Notes: generated by a model not told the origin, from the letters alone. A stretch of 64,000 nucleotides of DNA from Eledone cirrhosa (GCA_964016885.1 OZ024750.1:15066001-15130000); one strand, 5' to 3'; positions 42,196-58,258 are shown, counted from the first letter of the stretch. Numbers and translations are program-made.

Positions 42196-42779
42196 TATCT
42201 ATTTCATGTTATGAAATGGTATGTTCCAGGTGATTCAAAAGTCTTATTTAAAAATTTTATTTACATCACACATGTCCTCAGAGAAAATAAAAACTGTTTC
42301 ACAGCCCCAACACAATCATCAATGATGAATTGTTGAATATTTCCCTTAAAAGTATCTCATACATATAGGAGTCATTAATACATATTCCACATTCACAGAT
42401 CTCTCACAAACACTCACACGGAAAGGGCTGTGGAAGCATTTCTAAAGGGGAGGGGGGCAAATTTGAACAATTTAGTTGTAGTGATTAGTTTAGCTCTTTG
42501 CACTCTAAAATGGTCAAAAAATGTTATCCTCTCTAAATCTACCACGACACCGCTTCTCTTATCCCACTCTCTATATCTAAGACTAATACACTTTCTCACT
42601 CTCTATCTACACTTATCTCTCCCAATCCCCCTCTGTATATCAATCACCCCTAAACTCTCACCCTCTCTATATCTACTACTCGGCACTCTCCCATTATCCC
42701 TTTCTGTATACCATCAAATTCTCATCCTCTCTACATCTGATACACGGAACTCTCTTCCAATCCCCCTCTCTATATCAAT

Positions 42780-43232
42780 TAAGCACCAGTAATGCACTGA
42801 GGTCGATTTAATCGACTTTCCCCTCTCCCCAAATTACTGGCCTTGTGCCTATACTAGAAATCATTATTGTTAACTTATTTAAAGGGCGGTGGATTGGCAG
42901 AATTGGTAGAGGGTCGGACATGCTTTCTAGCAGAGTTACGTCTCTTTACGATCTGAATTCAAATCCCGTCGAGGTTAACTTTGCCTTTCATCCTTACGGG
43001 GTCGATAAAATAAAGTACCAGTAATGTGCTTGGTAATTGCTGGCCTTGTGCCAAAATCAGAAAAAATTATTGTTAACTTATTTTGAGTTCAAAACCCGCC
43101 GAGGTTGGCTTTGCCTTTTATCTTTACTGGGTCGATAAAATAAAGCACCAGTAATGCACTGGGGTCAATTTAATCATCGACTTTCCCCTCCCCTCAAATA
43201 GCTGGCCTTGTGTATATAGTAGAAATCATTAT
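42780..43232 (+). mobile_element. Cluster of three Nin/Deu-like SINE copies
   Basis: Partial, full and partial copies separated by repeated 'attattgttaacttattt'. Confidence 0.88.
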
Positions 43233-43809
43233 TGTAAACTTATTTGTAATTAATGTGTATGCCAACAGGCATTTCCTTGATTTGAATAAATATATAGATA
43301 TTGTCTGTTAAAAGTGTATTGATCTGATTGACGTGGTAAGCTGTTTAATACACGATAAATTTCAGGTACAGGGCTATTGCGTGTGTAAAGATTCAGCTGG
43401 TGCCTTTTGGCTTCTGCTAATTTGTTTCCAATTTTGACATCTCTTTGTCAAATAGAATGTAGCGTCATATGACACGAATCAAGAGCAATATTCACATAAA
43501 ATATCTACAGGGTTACGCGAAGTCGTGCAGTCCTGGTTTTACCACAAACGTTGGCTTCGTTTTAAATACACAAACATTCAAGTACACACAAGCACACACA
43601 AGCACACACACACACACATTCATGCATACACATTCATTCACACACATGCATAAAATCATATATGCATATGTATACGAACATGTATGCATGCATTCATTCT
43701 TTCGTCCATACATACATACATACATATATATATATACATACATAGTACACACACACATACATACATACATATATACATACATACGTACGTGCATTTATAT
43801 GTACGTAGA

Positions 43810-43992
43810 TAAGATGGCTTCCCCCTCGTTATCGAGTATGGCTATTGCACGATATACCATTATTTATAATTATCAATTAATGCTATCGTGCAATGCCTGT
43901 GCGTGAAGATTTGTTTTAAAGTGAAGAGAAACTGTGCACTGAGCCAATCCCACTCTCTGAGCGACAGTAGCTATAACCCTAAAAGAAGTAAA
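43810..43992 (-). mobile_element. 5'-truncated copy of the bipartite RTE-derived element
   Basis: Near-identical to 13950-14130. Confidence 0.75.
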
Positions 43993-44776
43993 GATACATA
44001 CATACGCACATACATACGTACGTACATACATAGATACATACATACGTAGTACATACATACGTACGTGCGTAGATTTATACGTACATACATATATACATAA
44101 ATACACACATACATACATAAATACATACATACATACATAAATACATACATACATACATACATACATACATACATACATACATACATACATACATGCATAT
44201 TCATAGTCTGCAAATGGCTGCGATAGCTGGCACCTTCAAAATTTGCAAAACATTCTTGCGATTCAAGGGATGACAATTTCTTTTCTTTTACAACCTTGCC
44301 ACCAGGAAGGTGGCCGGTCAAAAAAATATACTCGAAATTAAGAGAAAGAGAAAACATACATACATGCATACATACATAGACACATGCATAGACACATACA
44401 TATATACATACATACATACATACATACATACATACATACAAATAAATATATGTGTACGTGCGTCTGTGTGTATGATAACATATGTGACTATGGAAGACAA
44501 AATAACAATATTATCTCGAATAATAGCGAAAGATTGTCATATGTAGAACGTCAGCTGGTGCAGACACAATAGGTGAGTTTGACGGTGAAACAGGTGTATA
44601 ACATCAGGTAGATATTAATTTGCATATACATATACTCCATCAAGAATATCTGTATAGTGACATTAAGAGCTTCAAATATCTGTATAGCTTCCTCAACTAC
44701 TTGATATTCTAAACATTGGTGGGAGATTTCCAGCGAAACATGTATTAATGTGATCGCATTATATAGCATTATATTG

Positions 44777-45058
44777 AGGGCGGTGGATTGGCAGACGCCA
44801 TGCTTTGCAGCATAGAGTTACGACCCTTTATGGTCTGAGTTCAAATCCTGCGGAGGTTAACTTTGCCTTTCATCCTTACGGGGTCGATAAAATAAAGTAC
44901 CAGTAATGTAATGGGGTAATCGCTGGCTTTGTGCCAAAAGTAGAAACTATTGAGTTCAAATCCCGCCGAGGTTAACTTTGCCTTTCATCCTTATGGGGTC
45001 GATAAAATAAAGTACCAGTAATATACTGGGATAATTGTGCCAAAAGTAGCGACAATTA
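44777..45058 (+). mobile_element. Two tandem Nin/Deu-like SINE copies
   Basis: Match to the family consensus. Confidence 0.85.
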
Positions 45059-45218
45059 TACAGCATTATATAGTTATTGTATATGTTTTCTGGGAAATAA
45101 TTCAATGTCATTAGCAAAGAATTATATTCATTAGTATGTATATATTCCACATAGAAATGAATTCTAAAGGACTAGAAAGCATCAGGAATGTATTGGGTAA
45201 CTTATTTCACTATGACTT

Positions 45219-45285
<67 letters not shown>

Positions 45286-46588
45286 GATATTAAATAAATG
45301 GAAACTATATTTATAAAACCATATTTATTTCATTATATATATTTCAGGGATATCATATAAAAAATATGGTATGCCTTCTTCAGACAAAATACAATATAAA
45401 CAGTCTTATAAATAGATAGATTTGACATACCTTACGACTTCAACTTCCATTTAAAAAGTTGATTTGGTAGTGAAAAATGTTAGGGACAGTTATAAAAAGA
45501 AAGAAAGAAAAAAGCGAAGAAAAAGAAGAAATGCATGCAACTAAATAGAGAGAGATAGATATAGAGAGATAGATAGAGAGAAGAAATTCATGTAAAGAAA
45601 CATATATATATATATGAAAGGCATTCGAAATGACTCTGAATACCATAAATTCTCCATAGGACGTTGTATAGAACTGACTGATATTTTGAAGTTGTATTCA
45701 AAGTCTGTTTAAATTGCAAGAAAAAGCAGTTTACAGCCTTATAAATAACTACACTATATCATATTTTCTAATGTCCATGCTGAGATTGAGATTGTTTAAC
45801 TGTTGTCAGACTCACACCTTATTCAAATTAGCTCACTGCTTATGAATTAAAACACATTTGCCCTCTTTTTGGTGACACGGTGACCACTGTTAAGTAGGTG
45901 TTGACGAGAACTTAACTGAAAGATCTAAAGTTCTACCTTTAGCTTGACACCCGTTCCGTGCTGCCGAAAATATCTTTTATGCTTTCTAAGTTTAATTCTA
46001 TTTCAAGATACTTCTCGACCTTGCCAATAGTATTACGTATCATAAAAATGATGGGAACGAATTAGTTGAATGTCGTTTCCTCGGTGTCAGATTAATGAAG
46101 GAAATATTTCAGGATAATATCTTGATAGCTGCCTAACAACAACAGATAGAAGAATGTAAATAAAAGGTTACATAAAAATATACAAGCTTGAAGATACAAA
46201 AAGGTTACATAAAAATATACAAGCTTGAAGATACAAAAAGCTTATCTAATTGTAAATCACGTTACTGGCAGTAAATGTTAAAAGGAAAAAGGAAAAGGAT
46301 TTAACCAAAGAGATGTAGGGGTGATTCCCCCAAGGTAGTCTTGATTTATTTCCATATTTATTTAGCTATTTTACCCCGTTCTAAATTGAAATTTGTATTT
46401 GCAATTAAATCGATGATTATTAATCAGAACAAAATGTCTTGTAATTAGTTTATGATGTCTGAAAGGCAAAGTGATAACATAGCGTTGGAAAGAAGGAAGA
46501 AGATGGCTTCAGAAGTGTCAGCCTTTATGAATATCATAAGGATATGTATCTCTATAACGCCCTTTATAGTTTTGTATCATTATTTAGA

Positions 46589-46806
46589 AGTACCAGTAAT
46601 GCACTGCGTAATTGCTGGCCTTGTGCCAGTAGTAGAAACAATTACTTAGAAGACGGAAGATTGGCAAAGAGTTACGGCCCTTTATGGTCTGAGTTCAAAA
46701 CCCGCCGACGTTAACTTTGCCTTTCATCCTTACGGGGTCAATAAAATAAAGTACCAGTAATGCACTGGGATAATTGCTGGCCTTGTGCCAAAAGTAGAAA
46801 CAATTA
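46589..46806 (+). mobile_element. Two truncated Nin/Deu-like SINE copies
   Basis: Match to the family consensus. Confidence 0.85.
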
Positions 46807-47082
46807 TTTAAGGCAAACTGTCTAACTACAAAGATAAATCTACAAAGTAATTTAGCGACAAGTGGTTTTTATTTGCGGTTCCACGTGACTCAGAGACAAG
46901 TGACGTGCACGACTAGCGAGTCTATTTTGTTTGCTCTGCAAATGTGCAGCACAAAAAATATGTACGAATCAACTTGTTTTCCAAATATCCTGTTTAAACT
47001 ACATTTAACTCTGCAACGCAGTATCGCGTGTGGTCACGTTTTAAGTGAGCTATTCCTTTTAGCACGCAATATAGTATATGAA

Positions 47083-48606
<1,524 letters not shown>

Positions 48607-48835
48607 TCAAATTATATTAAATAAATGATATAGTCTACAATGTTGGGTCAGCAGTCATTAGGTTATCGAAAGTTTGTACAAGTTAAGATGTAAAATTTAA
48701 AACGTATGTTTTAAAGTAGGGAATGAGGAAGAGAAAGAAGAAAGAAAAGAAGAGAGAACTAGGAAGTGAGATAATGATAGAGGTGGCTGCCTGTCTGTAA
48801 TATAGAATGAGAAATAAAGAAAGGAGTTGGAAATG

Positions 48836-49597
48836 AGAAGCTAGAGATAAAAACAATAGAAGCTAGCGATAAAACAATAGAAGCTAGAGATAAAAACAAT
48901 AGAAGCTAGAGATAAAAACAATAGAAGCTAGAGATAAAAACAATAGAAGCTAGAGATAAAAACAATAGAAGCTAGCGATAAAACAATAGAAGCTAGAGAT
49001 ACAAACAATAGAAGCTAGAGATAAAAACAATAGAAGCTAGAGATAAAAACAATAGAAGCTAGAGATAAAAACAATAGAAGCTAGAGATAAAAACAATAGA
49101 AGCTAGAGATAAAAACAATAGAAGCTAGAGATAAAAACAATAGAAGCTAGCGATAAAACAATAGAAGCTAGAGATACAAACAATAGAAGCTAGAGATAAA
49201 AACAATAGAAGCTAGCGATAAAACAATAGAAGCTAGAGATACAAACAATAGAAGCTAGAGATAAAAACAATAGAAGCTAGAGATAAAAACAATAGAAGCT
49301 AGCGATAAAAACAATAGAATCTAGAGATAAAAACAATAGAAGCTAGAGATAAAAACAATAGAAGCTAGAGATAAAAACAATAGAAGCTAGAGATAAAACA
49401 ATAGAAGCTAGAGATAAAAACAATAGAAGCTAGAGATAAAAACAATAGAAGCTAGAGATAAAAACAATAGAAGCTAGCGATAAAACAATAGAAGCTAGAG
49501 ATAAAAACAATAGAAGCTAGAGATAAAAACAATAGAAGCTAGAGATAAAAACAATAGAAGCTAGAGATAAAAACAATAGAAGCTAGAGATAAAAACA
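48836..49597. repeat. 22-bp minisatellite, about 35 units
   Basis: Unit agaagctagagataaaaacaat, with 21-bp 'agcgataaaac' variants. Confidence 0.97.
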
Positions 49598-50749
49598 AGC
49601 TCAAACTGAGGATGTGAGTGATAGAAAAATGATAGTTTCTGATTTTGGTACAAGGCTAACAATTTTTGGGGAGGCAAACCGCAATCATACACATACACAC
49701 ACATACACACATACACACACATACACACATACACGCACACACACACATACACTCACACATAATCACATATATATACACGCTCACATTCACACACATACAC
49801 ACACTCACACATACACACACACACAATCACACACATACACACTCACACATACATACACATACATATACATACTCACATATATACACGCTCAGTCACACAC
49901 ATGCACACTCACACATGCACACTGACACACATACACACACACACTGACACATACACATACACACACACACACTCATACACATACACGCTCACACACATAC
50001 ATACTCACACACATACACGCTCACACACACATATACACACATACACATACACACTCACACACACATACAAACTCCCTCCCCACACACACATGCACCACAC
50101 GGATACACAAATAAACACATACGTCCATACTCACACACAAATAAACACGCTGAGACATAGAATTTAAAATATGAATTAACGAAATGTACAAATCAACCCC
50201 ACCCCCTAAAAAAAAAGAAAAAAGAAAAAAGAAAAAAGAAAAAACAAAAAAGAAAAAACAAAAAACAAAAAACAAAAAAGAAAAAAGAAAATAAAGAAAA
50301 AAAGACAAAAAAAGGAAAAAAAAACTGATGCTTCAAAAATATAATCACGAAATTACATCTTTACGTTGAGATACTGGAAATAGCTGCCTTCGTCTTATTT
50401 ATTTGGAATAATTGAACGAAGTCAAGCTTCTTTATCTTAAGATCTTCGGTCTCAGCAACTGGAATTTCATTTTGGTTCTTTGCGACGTTGAAAAAACTTA
50501 GGTTATATTATACCGAGAAATGGGACAGAGAAATAAGGGTTTCTGGTTTAGGAATAAAGTCAACAATTTGGGGGAGGAGAAAGTTAATAATAAAAAAAAC
50601 GACCCCAGTATGTTACTAGTACTTTATACTCATTACACACCCACAGACATTCACCCCCCCTCCCGACACACACACAAACCCACATATATGTATATATATA
50701 TAGTAATAATAATAAATGTGAAGACAAAAATCCGAAGAGGGCTCGATAA

Positions 50750-50794
<45 letters not shown>

Positions 50795-52879
50795 TTTTAT
50801 ATTTATCATAAAGGTAATTTATTTTCCTGACAATATTTAGATTTTTTTTAATAAAAAACCCCTTAGTAATGATAAAACAAAGAATTTGATCAGAGCTGAA
50901 ATAAAATTTGTGTTCATTTTGTTGTGTTGTGCGAAAGGCGACACAATTGTATTCAAGAGACATTCGATTAACAGTAAGTCATTACACCGCAGGCCAATAT
51001 TTTGTTAGAAAATTATCGATGCCACACTATATATGCTCTGGATTCTAACATCAGCAGCAGCTAATCGATGATTATTCTTGTCTGTTTCTTCGATTTCATC
51101 TCTAATTTTCATGGTGTTAGTGGTAACCTGTATCGTAAGTATTTTCACAGCCCTCCGGCGTAATTTTTATTTTTTTTTGTTTTTGAAAATGATTGAAAAA
51201 TGGCGAATTTCACGTCAATAAAAGAAGCTGTGCACAAAATATTTTCTATTTTTTTTTTTATTAAATGGAATTTATTTTGAATATTTTTTTTATGGGGAAG
51301 GAAGAGGGGAGAAGGAGTAAATATTTCAAAATCAGTAGCATTTATTATTCATTTATTTCCATATTTATTATTTGTTTGTCAAGAAAGGTACTGATTTTAA
51401 AATATTTATTTTTGTTATTGTAGAAAAGAAATAGCTTAAAAGGTTTTTAAAATACACGATCTGAATATGTTCCAGAACAACTCGATCTCTCGAAACCCAT
51501 CTGTGTTGATTTGAATAATTAGAGATATGAAAGATTAAATATTAAAGAAGGTATTTACTTCGGCAATGTTTTCTCTTAATTTCATTTGGTTAGGTATAAT
51601 TTTTAAAAAACTTCCAATATACTCATTTATTCTTCGTTTCATCAATCAAGCTTTAATCGACACAGGATTCGAAAATGACTAAAATTACTCAACTATGAGT
51701 AATACAAACTGACTTAGACACTGTACAAACGTCCTTCCGATATTACTCGGTTAAAAGGATTTTGATGAAATTGTTCGACCAAAGTTAAAATAATATTTGA
51801 ATTCCTTTGGTTGAGACAAACCAAGTGCATTACAATAGTATTTAGGAGAATACATCTTATTAGGCCGAGGTTTTTCTAAGGTGATGGTTGTCAAGGGTTG
51901 ATTTGATTATCTTTACCTTTTCATTTTATTCCATAACTCCCGAGGGTGTCTTAGTGGCGCCGTAGTGGCATAGAGCATTTCTAGGGCTTTTCAAGCCTGA
52001 TGGAGCCCAGGCTTGAGTACAGAACATTTCTTGATAACGATAGAGAATGAGCGAATGGAAGTGATAAAGGGATAAAGCGGAAGAATCGACGCTTGTACTA
52101 GACTGGTACATTTTTTATTGATCTCGAAAGAATCTTGGCGGGATTTGAACTGAGAGAATAGAGAGCCGGAATAAATACCACAAGGTATTCTATCTGACGT
52201 ACCCCGTAATGTCAAAGATTGCCGATATGAGGAGACCAGTGAACAAAAGCAACAGATTAATGTAGTGATGCAAAATCTAAAATATGGTTATGAGACCAGC
52301 AGTAGTTTTCTAATACTGCTGTCATGTTCCGACGATAAACGCGTTAAAATATTCTTATTCTTCAAAATTGATTATAACTGCATTGAAGTGAGATTTACAT
52401 TGGTAATCTGTAAATACGTTATATAGGATAAATATGTTTCTGGATAGAGATTATTAGATAAATAATTTTATGCCTGCATGTTACATAGTTTTAAGCCTAC
52501 AATTATTTAATGTGTCACTTACTTACAGTGAATTCATATAACAGCTCTTACTACTAGGAATGGTTCCAATGTTTCCAATTGCATTATACATCAAACAATA
52601 TAGGGAGGAACAATTTAGGTTTAATAGAATACATTCGTTCTGGTGATATGATCCGTGTACATTTTATTATTACATCATACATCTTAGATACTGGTATATG
52701 CCTCAGATATTTTCTGACTTCTTTTAATAAGAATTACAATAATCCATTACTGGTCTACTCAAACCAATGAAACAATTTGGTAAATTGATTCTAAATAAAA
52801 CATTTTCTAGCTTTAGCGCCATTATGCACTCCTCTAACACAAGACAAACTACATGCTTTCTTATCATTGAGTGTTATTA

Positions 52880-53420
52880 CGTTCAATGCAACCATCATCA
52901 TTAATGTAGAAGAAATGATAAAGGACCATTCTTGATGCTATAATATCGGCTGTAATATTACTTGTCCAAGACTCCTCTGGTCAATATACAAATTCTCTTT
53001 ATCCAGTATTTTCTACTTCAAGTTTTAATTGACACAGAAAGTCAAACAATCACCACTTCTATCTGTAACCTCGTACAATCACAGCATGTGTTCAATATGA
53101 TATTCAATTCCGAGAGTAGTACCAGTCAGTAAAATGTCTACAGAAATGTTTCCATGTCCCAGAAAGAGGTCTGACTGTTGGGTTGTCCGTTAGGCCACAA
53201 ATGGTTATCAGAACATTCTTCTCAACGCTACTCGTGTACATTACCACCGACCTACTAATAACGTATTATACTTATATTGGGGTCTAGATTTTCCTGTCGA
53301 AATTGCAAGTACACTCGAAAAGAACCAGCTAAATGAGGTATAATTTCGTCATCGCCATCAAATAAGAGTACCTATATGCCGGACACCCTAGTTTCGCTGC
53401 TGTAGAGCGGAATTATATCA
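52880..53420 (-). mobile_element. Highly decayed non-LTR (RTE-like) RT fragment
   Basis: Minus-strand 'ETRVSGI*VLLFDGDDEIIPHL', 'ECSDN', 'TRGV' and 'FFYINDD' occur in RT-domain order. Confidence 0.35.
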
Positions 53421-54041
53421 TCACATCTTTGCACAATACGGTTTGGGTGCGGGTTTAGAGATAATATTTTCTGGAGTCATCTTCTCTCTTAAGAGAAGCT
53501 CCTCACTGTACTCAGACATTTCAAACTACTCGATATCCAACAACTAGCGAAACCTACCGGAGTCTTAGCCTCGTTTAGTATTGTTTTATTGGTATTTTAT
53601 TGTTATTACTTTTGATGAAGCAATAAAAAAATAATAGCAGACAAAACAAAGAGCAAAGCAATAATATAAAAACGGACGCACATACACGCATGCATATACA
53701 CAAGCAGACTAAGACATATACTGGCATACAGGCGCTTATATATTCAGTCATACGTGTAGACAAACTTACAGACACAGTAGATTTGCACGTAAAATCATAT
53801 ACAGAGCGCACACACAGAGAAATCGATAGAATATAGATATAGAAACACACGCGCACACGCGCCTGTGCGTTTGCGTGATATATACATAGTAATGATAAAT
53901 GATGACTAAAATCCGAAGAGGGCTCGATAAGGATTGAGTTTCAGAGGTTTCAGAGGATCCCGTTAAGGGTGAAAGCAGCGATTCTTTGCTTACATTTTAA
54001 TCTGTTCTTATAGTATATATATATATATATAATATAATATA

Positions 54042-54085
<44 letters not shown>

Positions 54086-54744
54086 TACAATAACAGAGAT
54101 AGTTTAAAGCTAATCTCTGACTGGTAACCATCTCACTCAACAAACATTAGGTTATATTTTAATATAAACCCAATTTAAGTGTTTGGGGTGCTAACAATAT
54201 GTATTATGTGGAAAAGCCAGTTGTATTATTTTATGAGATATAATTAAAGTTAAAATATATCTCTCTTTCCATATATATATGTATGTGTGTGTGTGTGTGT
54301 CTGTGTGTGTGTGTGTCTGTATGCGTGTGTGCGTGTGTGTGCGTGTTTGTATATATATATATATAGTGGATTCCCGATGTATGTCGTGGGGTAATCACAG
54401 TTACAAAAGATACTCAATACGTTAGTAAAGAACAGGCATCTTTATTTTATTACGGAATGATGATTTCTTACGACTGAAACACTTCTAGTCCTGTAGAAGT
54501 CCTTTCTATGTATATATTAGTCCGCGTGCCTGATGTGGTGTCATTCTGGAAGTGCCTCCTCCATGTGAGGCCTCCTTCATGTGAGGCCTCCTTCATGTGA
54601 GGCCATAACTGAACCTCGACACTATATACATGTTAAGTGTATGCCGTAAACAAGTGACCCTTAATACAATATTCTTTATTGTGTATTGTTTGTCGATATA
54701 AATCATGAAAAGCTATGTCTGGGTTTGAAATCGTACCTGCCAAT

Positions 54745-55048
54745 AAGGGCCGGATTTAATAGGGGTCAAAGGGGGCAACTACCCCAGGCACCCTGCAGTG
54801 CGGGGCCCCACTGGTGATGGCCGTAACAGTTTATTTGTGCCCTTAGGTGGGTTTTTTTAGTTTTAGGATGGCTAGAAATTTTTAATTTAATACCTGTATG
54901 TATTAGTTTTCAATTCGAATTACTAGACCAAGCTAACTTTGATATGTAAAATTCTGGGGAAAGGTGTATTCTAATTATTTGTGTACGAGGGCTCCTTCCT
55001 TCAAAACCCGAAGTGCCCTGGGCCCTCCAAGTTCTAAATCCAACCCTG
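54745..55048. mobile_element. hAT-type MITE with 8-bp TSD
   Basis: TIRs AGGGCCGGATTTA and TAAATCCAACCCT. TSD CTGCCAAT at 54737-54744 and 55049-55056. Confidence 0.85.
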
Positions 55049-55337
55049 CTGCCAATACAAGGCAGCAAACTCATTACCAAACTTTCTATTACAATTATGT
55101 ACCGTTTACAGTGTTTCCGGTACTCTAATAATCAATTCTTTCTTTTTCTAACACAGACACAATGCTAGCAACCCGTGGGGGAGAGGAAAGCCGATAATAT
55201 CAATATCAGTACTTCATTGGTACTTGTTTTAGCGACCTCAGGAGGCAATGTTAATCTCAGGGAGATTTGATCTCAGAACTTAAAGAGCCAGAGTAAATAA
55301 TGCTTGTGCCATTTCACCGGCCCCTTTAATATGTAAT

Positions 55338-55733
55338 AATTGTTTCTACTTTTTGGTACAAGGCCAGCAATTATCTCAGTGCATTACTGGTACTGTATTT
55401 TATCAACCCTGTAAGGATCAAAGCCAAAGTTAACCTCGGCGGGATTTGAACTCAGACCGTAAAGAACTAAATGCTACAAAGCATGGCGACCGACCCTCTA
55501 CCGATACTGCCAATCCACCACCCTTTATTATATAATAATGATAAAGGGTGGTGGATTGGCAGTATCGGTAGAGGGTCGGACGCCATGCTTTCCACCATAG
55601 TTACGTCCCTTTACGATCTGAGTTCAAATCCCGCCGAGGTTGACTTTGCCTTTCATCCTTACGGGGTCGATAAAATAAAGTACCAGTAATGCACTGGGTA
55701 ATTACTGGCCTTGTGCCTAAAGTAGAAACAATT
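55338..55733. mobile_element. Head-to-head inverted pair of Nin/Deu-like SINEs (55338-55523 -, 55546-55733 +)
   Basis: 22-nt spacer. The plus copy has TSD ttatataataatgat. Confidence 0.9.
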
Positions 55734-56084
55734 ATATAATAATGATTTCTACTTTAATTTCTACTTTAATGCCCAGTAATTTAAGGGCAGGGTTAACACA
55801 GATTATCTCGACTCCATTGATTAACTGATACTTATATTTTAACGACGCCCCGGACGGGTGAAAAGAAAAGTTGATCATATCGAGATTCGAACTCAGAACA
55901 CTAAGAACCGACGCTTGAATCGCTCTGCCATTTCATCGCCTTCTTCCATTCTCTGATAATAATATGGTAATAAAGCGGCACCAGAGGAGCAAATTATTAT
56001 AACAGAAAGTATAGAGAAGGCTGGAACATACTACTGCAGTGATTTTCATTAGAACAAAGTATGTGTGTGTGTGTTTGTTTAAGC

Positions 56085-56189
56085 GAGTTTCAATATAGAT
56101 GTATCTGTGTGGTTGTTTGAGCGACTTTCACTATAGGTGTATGTGTGAGTCTGTATCTGTTTGGGCGATTTCAATGTAGTGTATGTGTA

Positions 56190-56274
<85 letters not shown>

Positions 56275-56456
56275 CAATATAAGTGTATGTGTGAGTCTGT
56301 ATTTGTTTGGGCGATTTCAATGTAGTGTATGTGTAATTGTGTGTGTGTGTGTGTGTGTTTCAATATAAGTGTATGTGTGTGTGTCTGTATTTGTTTGGGC
56401 GATTTCAATGTAGTGTATGTGTAATTGTGTGTGTGTGTGTCTGTGTGTGTGTGTGT

Positions 56457-56492
<36 letters not shown>

Positions 56493-56606
56493 CAATATAG
56501 GTGTATGTGTAAGTCTGTATTTGTTTGGGCGATTTCAATGTAGTGTATGTGTAATTGTGTGTGTGTGTGTGTGTGTGTGTCTGTGTCTGTGTCTGTGTCT
56601 GTGTCT

Positions 56607-56650
<44 letters not shown>

Positions 56651-56711
56651 CAATATAGGTGTATGTGTAAGTCTGTATTTGTTTGGGCGATTTCAATGTA
56701 GTGTATGTGTA

Positions 56712-56759
<48 letters not shown>

Positions 56760-56790
56760 TGTGTGTGTGTGTTTCAATGTAGGTGTATGC
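56085..56790. repeat. Compound tandem repeat: ~65-bp conserved unit plus variable (TG)n tract, 5 full units
   Basis: Unit ttcaatata.gtgtatgtgt..gtctgtatttgtttgggcgatttcaatgtagtgtatgtgtaattg. Confidence 0.92.
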
Positions 56791-57829
56791 AAAAATAGGT
56801 GAGTGTTTATCTCTTTCTTGTTCCCCTCTCTCTCTTTTTCTATCATATATGTGTGTGTATGTATGTATTTATGTATTTATGCGTGTATTTATGTATGTAT
56901 ATATTAATGTGTAAGTATGTATGTATATATAAATGTATGTATGAATATATATATATATATGTATATATATATGTATGTATGTATTTATGTACGTATGTAT
57001 GAATGTATATGTGTAAGTATGTATGTATGTATGTATGTATGTATGCATGTAGGCATGCATTTATGTATGTATATATGTATATATATATGTAAGTAAGTAT
57101 GTATATATATATATATTCATGTATGTATGAATGTATGTATGTATATATGTATATATATATGTGTGTGTGTATGTATATATGTATGTATTCATGTGTGTAT
57201 GAATGTATGTGTGTAAGTATGTATATATATGTATGTATGTATGTATGCATTTATGTATGTATATATATGTATATATATATATATATATATGTAAGTAAGT
57301 ATGTATATATATATATATTCATGTATGTATGAATGTATGTGTGTATATATGTATATATATATATATGTGTGTGTATGTATATATGTATGTATTCATGTGT
57401 GTATGAATGTATGAATGTATGCATGTATGCATGTTTCTATGTATGTATATATGTATTTATATATATATATATATTTATGTATGTATGTATGTATGTATGT
57501 ATATATATATATATGTGTATATTACGCTCACCTAATAACCGTTATTATAAATAACTGTTTCTACTTTAGGCACAAGGCCAGCAATTACCCAGTACATTAC
57601 TGGTACTTTATTTTATCGACCCCGTGAGGATGAGAGGCAAAGTCAACCATATTATAAATAACGAAGTATGTTCTGTATTTACTATATATACAATATAACA
57701 AACTTATATAGCAATTCTTCTAACTCCCCTTCAATCTTTCTATTTTTCTTTTATTCTTATTGTTCTCTCTTTCGCTCATTATTTAGTTCTCTATCTTTAT
57801 ATCTCTTTCTTACTATCACTCTGGCTGCC

Positions 57830-57830
57830 C

Positions 57831-57897
<67 letters not shown>

Positions 57898-57921
57898 TTC
57901 TCTCTCTCTATATATATATAT

Positions 57922-57974
<53 letters not shown>

Positions 57975-58002
57975 CTCTCTCTCTCTCTATATATATATAT
58001 AT

Positions 58003-58041
<39 letters not shown>

Positions 58042-58171
58042 CTCTCTCTCTCTATATATATATATATATAAAATATATATATATATATATATTTCTCTCT
58101 CTCTCTCTATATATATATAAAATATATATATATATATATATATTTCTCTCTCTCTATATATATATATATAT

Positions 58172-58206
<35 letters not shown>

Positions 58207-58258
58207 CTCTCTCTCTCTCTATATATATATATAAAATATATATATATATATATATATT

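Noticed and set aside
44200-44340. Minus-strand peptide 'KLSSLESQECFANFEGASYRSHLQT', faintly like a transposon-associated 'LPPT..A....RAHLQ' motif
   Set aside because: Too short and too diverged to support without a search.
53905-53990. Hammerhead-like 'CCGAAGA...GAAAGCAGCGATT' (related pieces at 25230 and 50730)
   Set aside because: The core is non-canonical and there is no convincing stem III or NUH site. It is kept only as a repeat fragment.
56085-56790. CRISPR-like repeat-spacer appearance (also the 22-bp and 46-bp arrays)
   Set aside because: Spacers are simple TG repeats or absent, there are no cas genes, and the context is eukaryotic.
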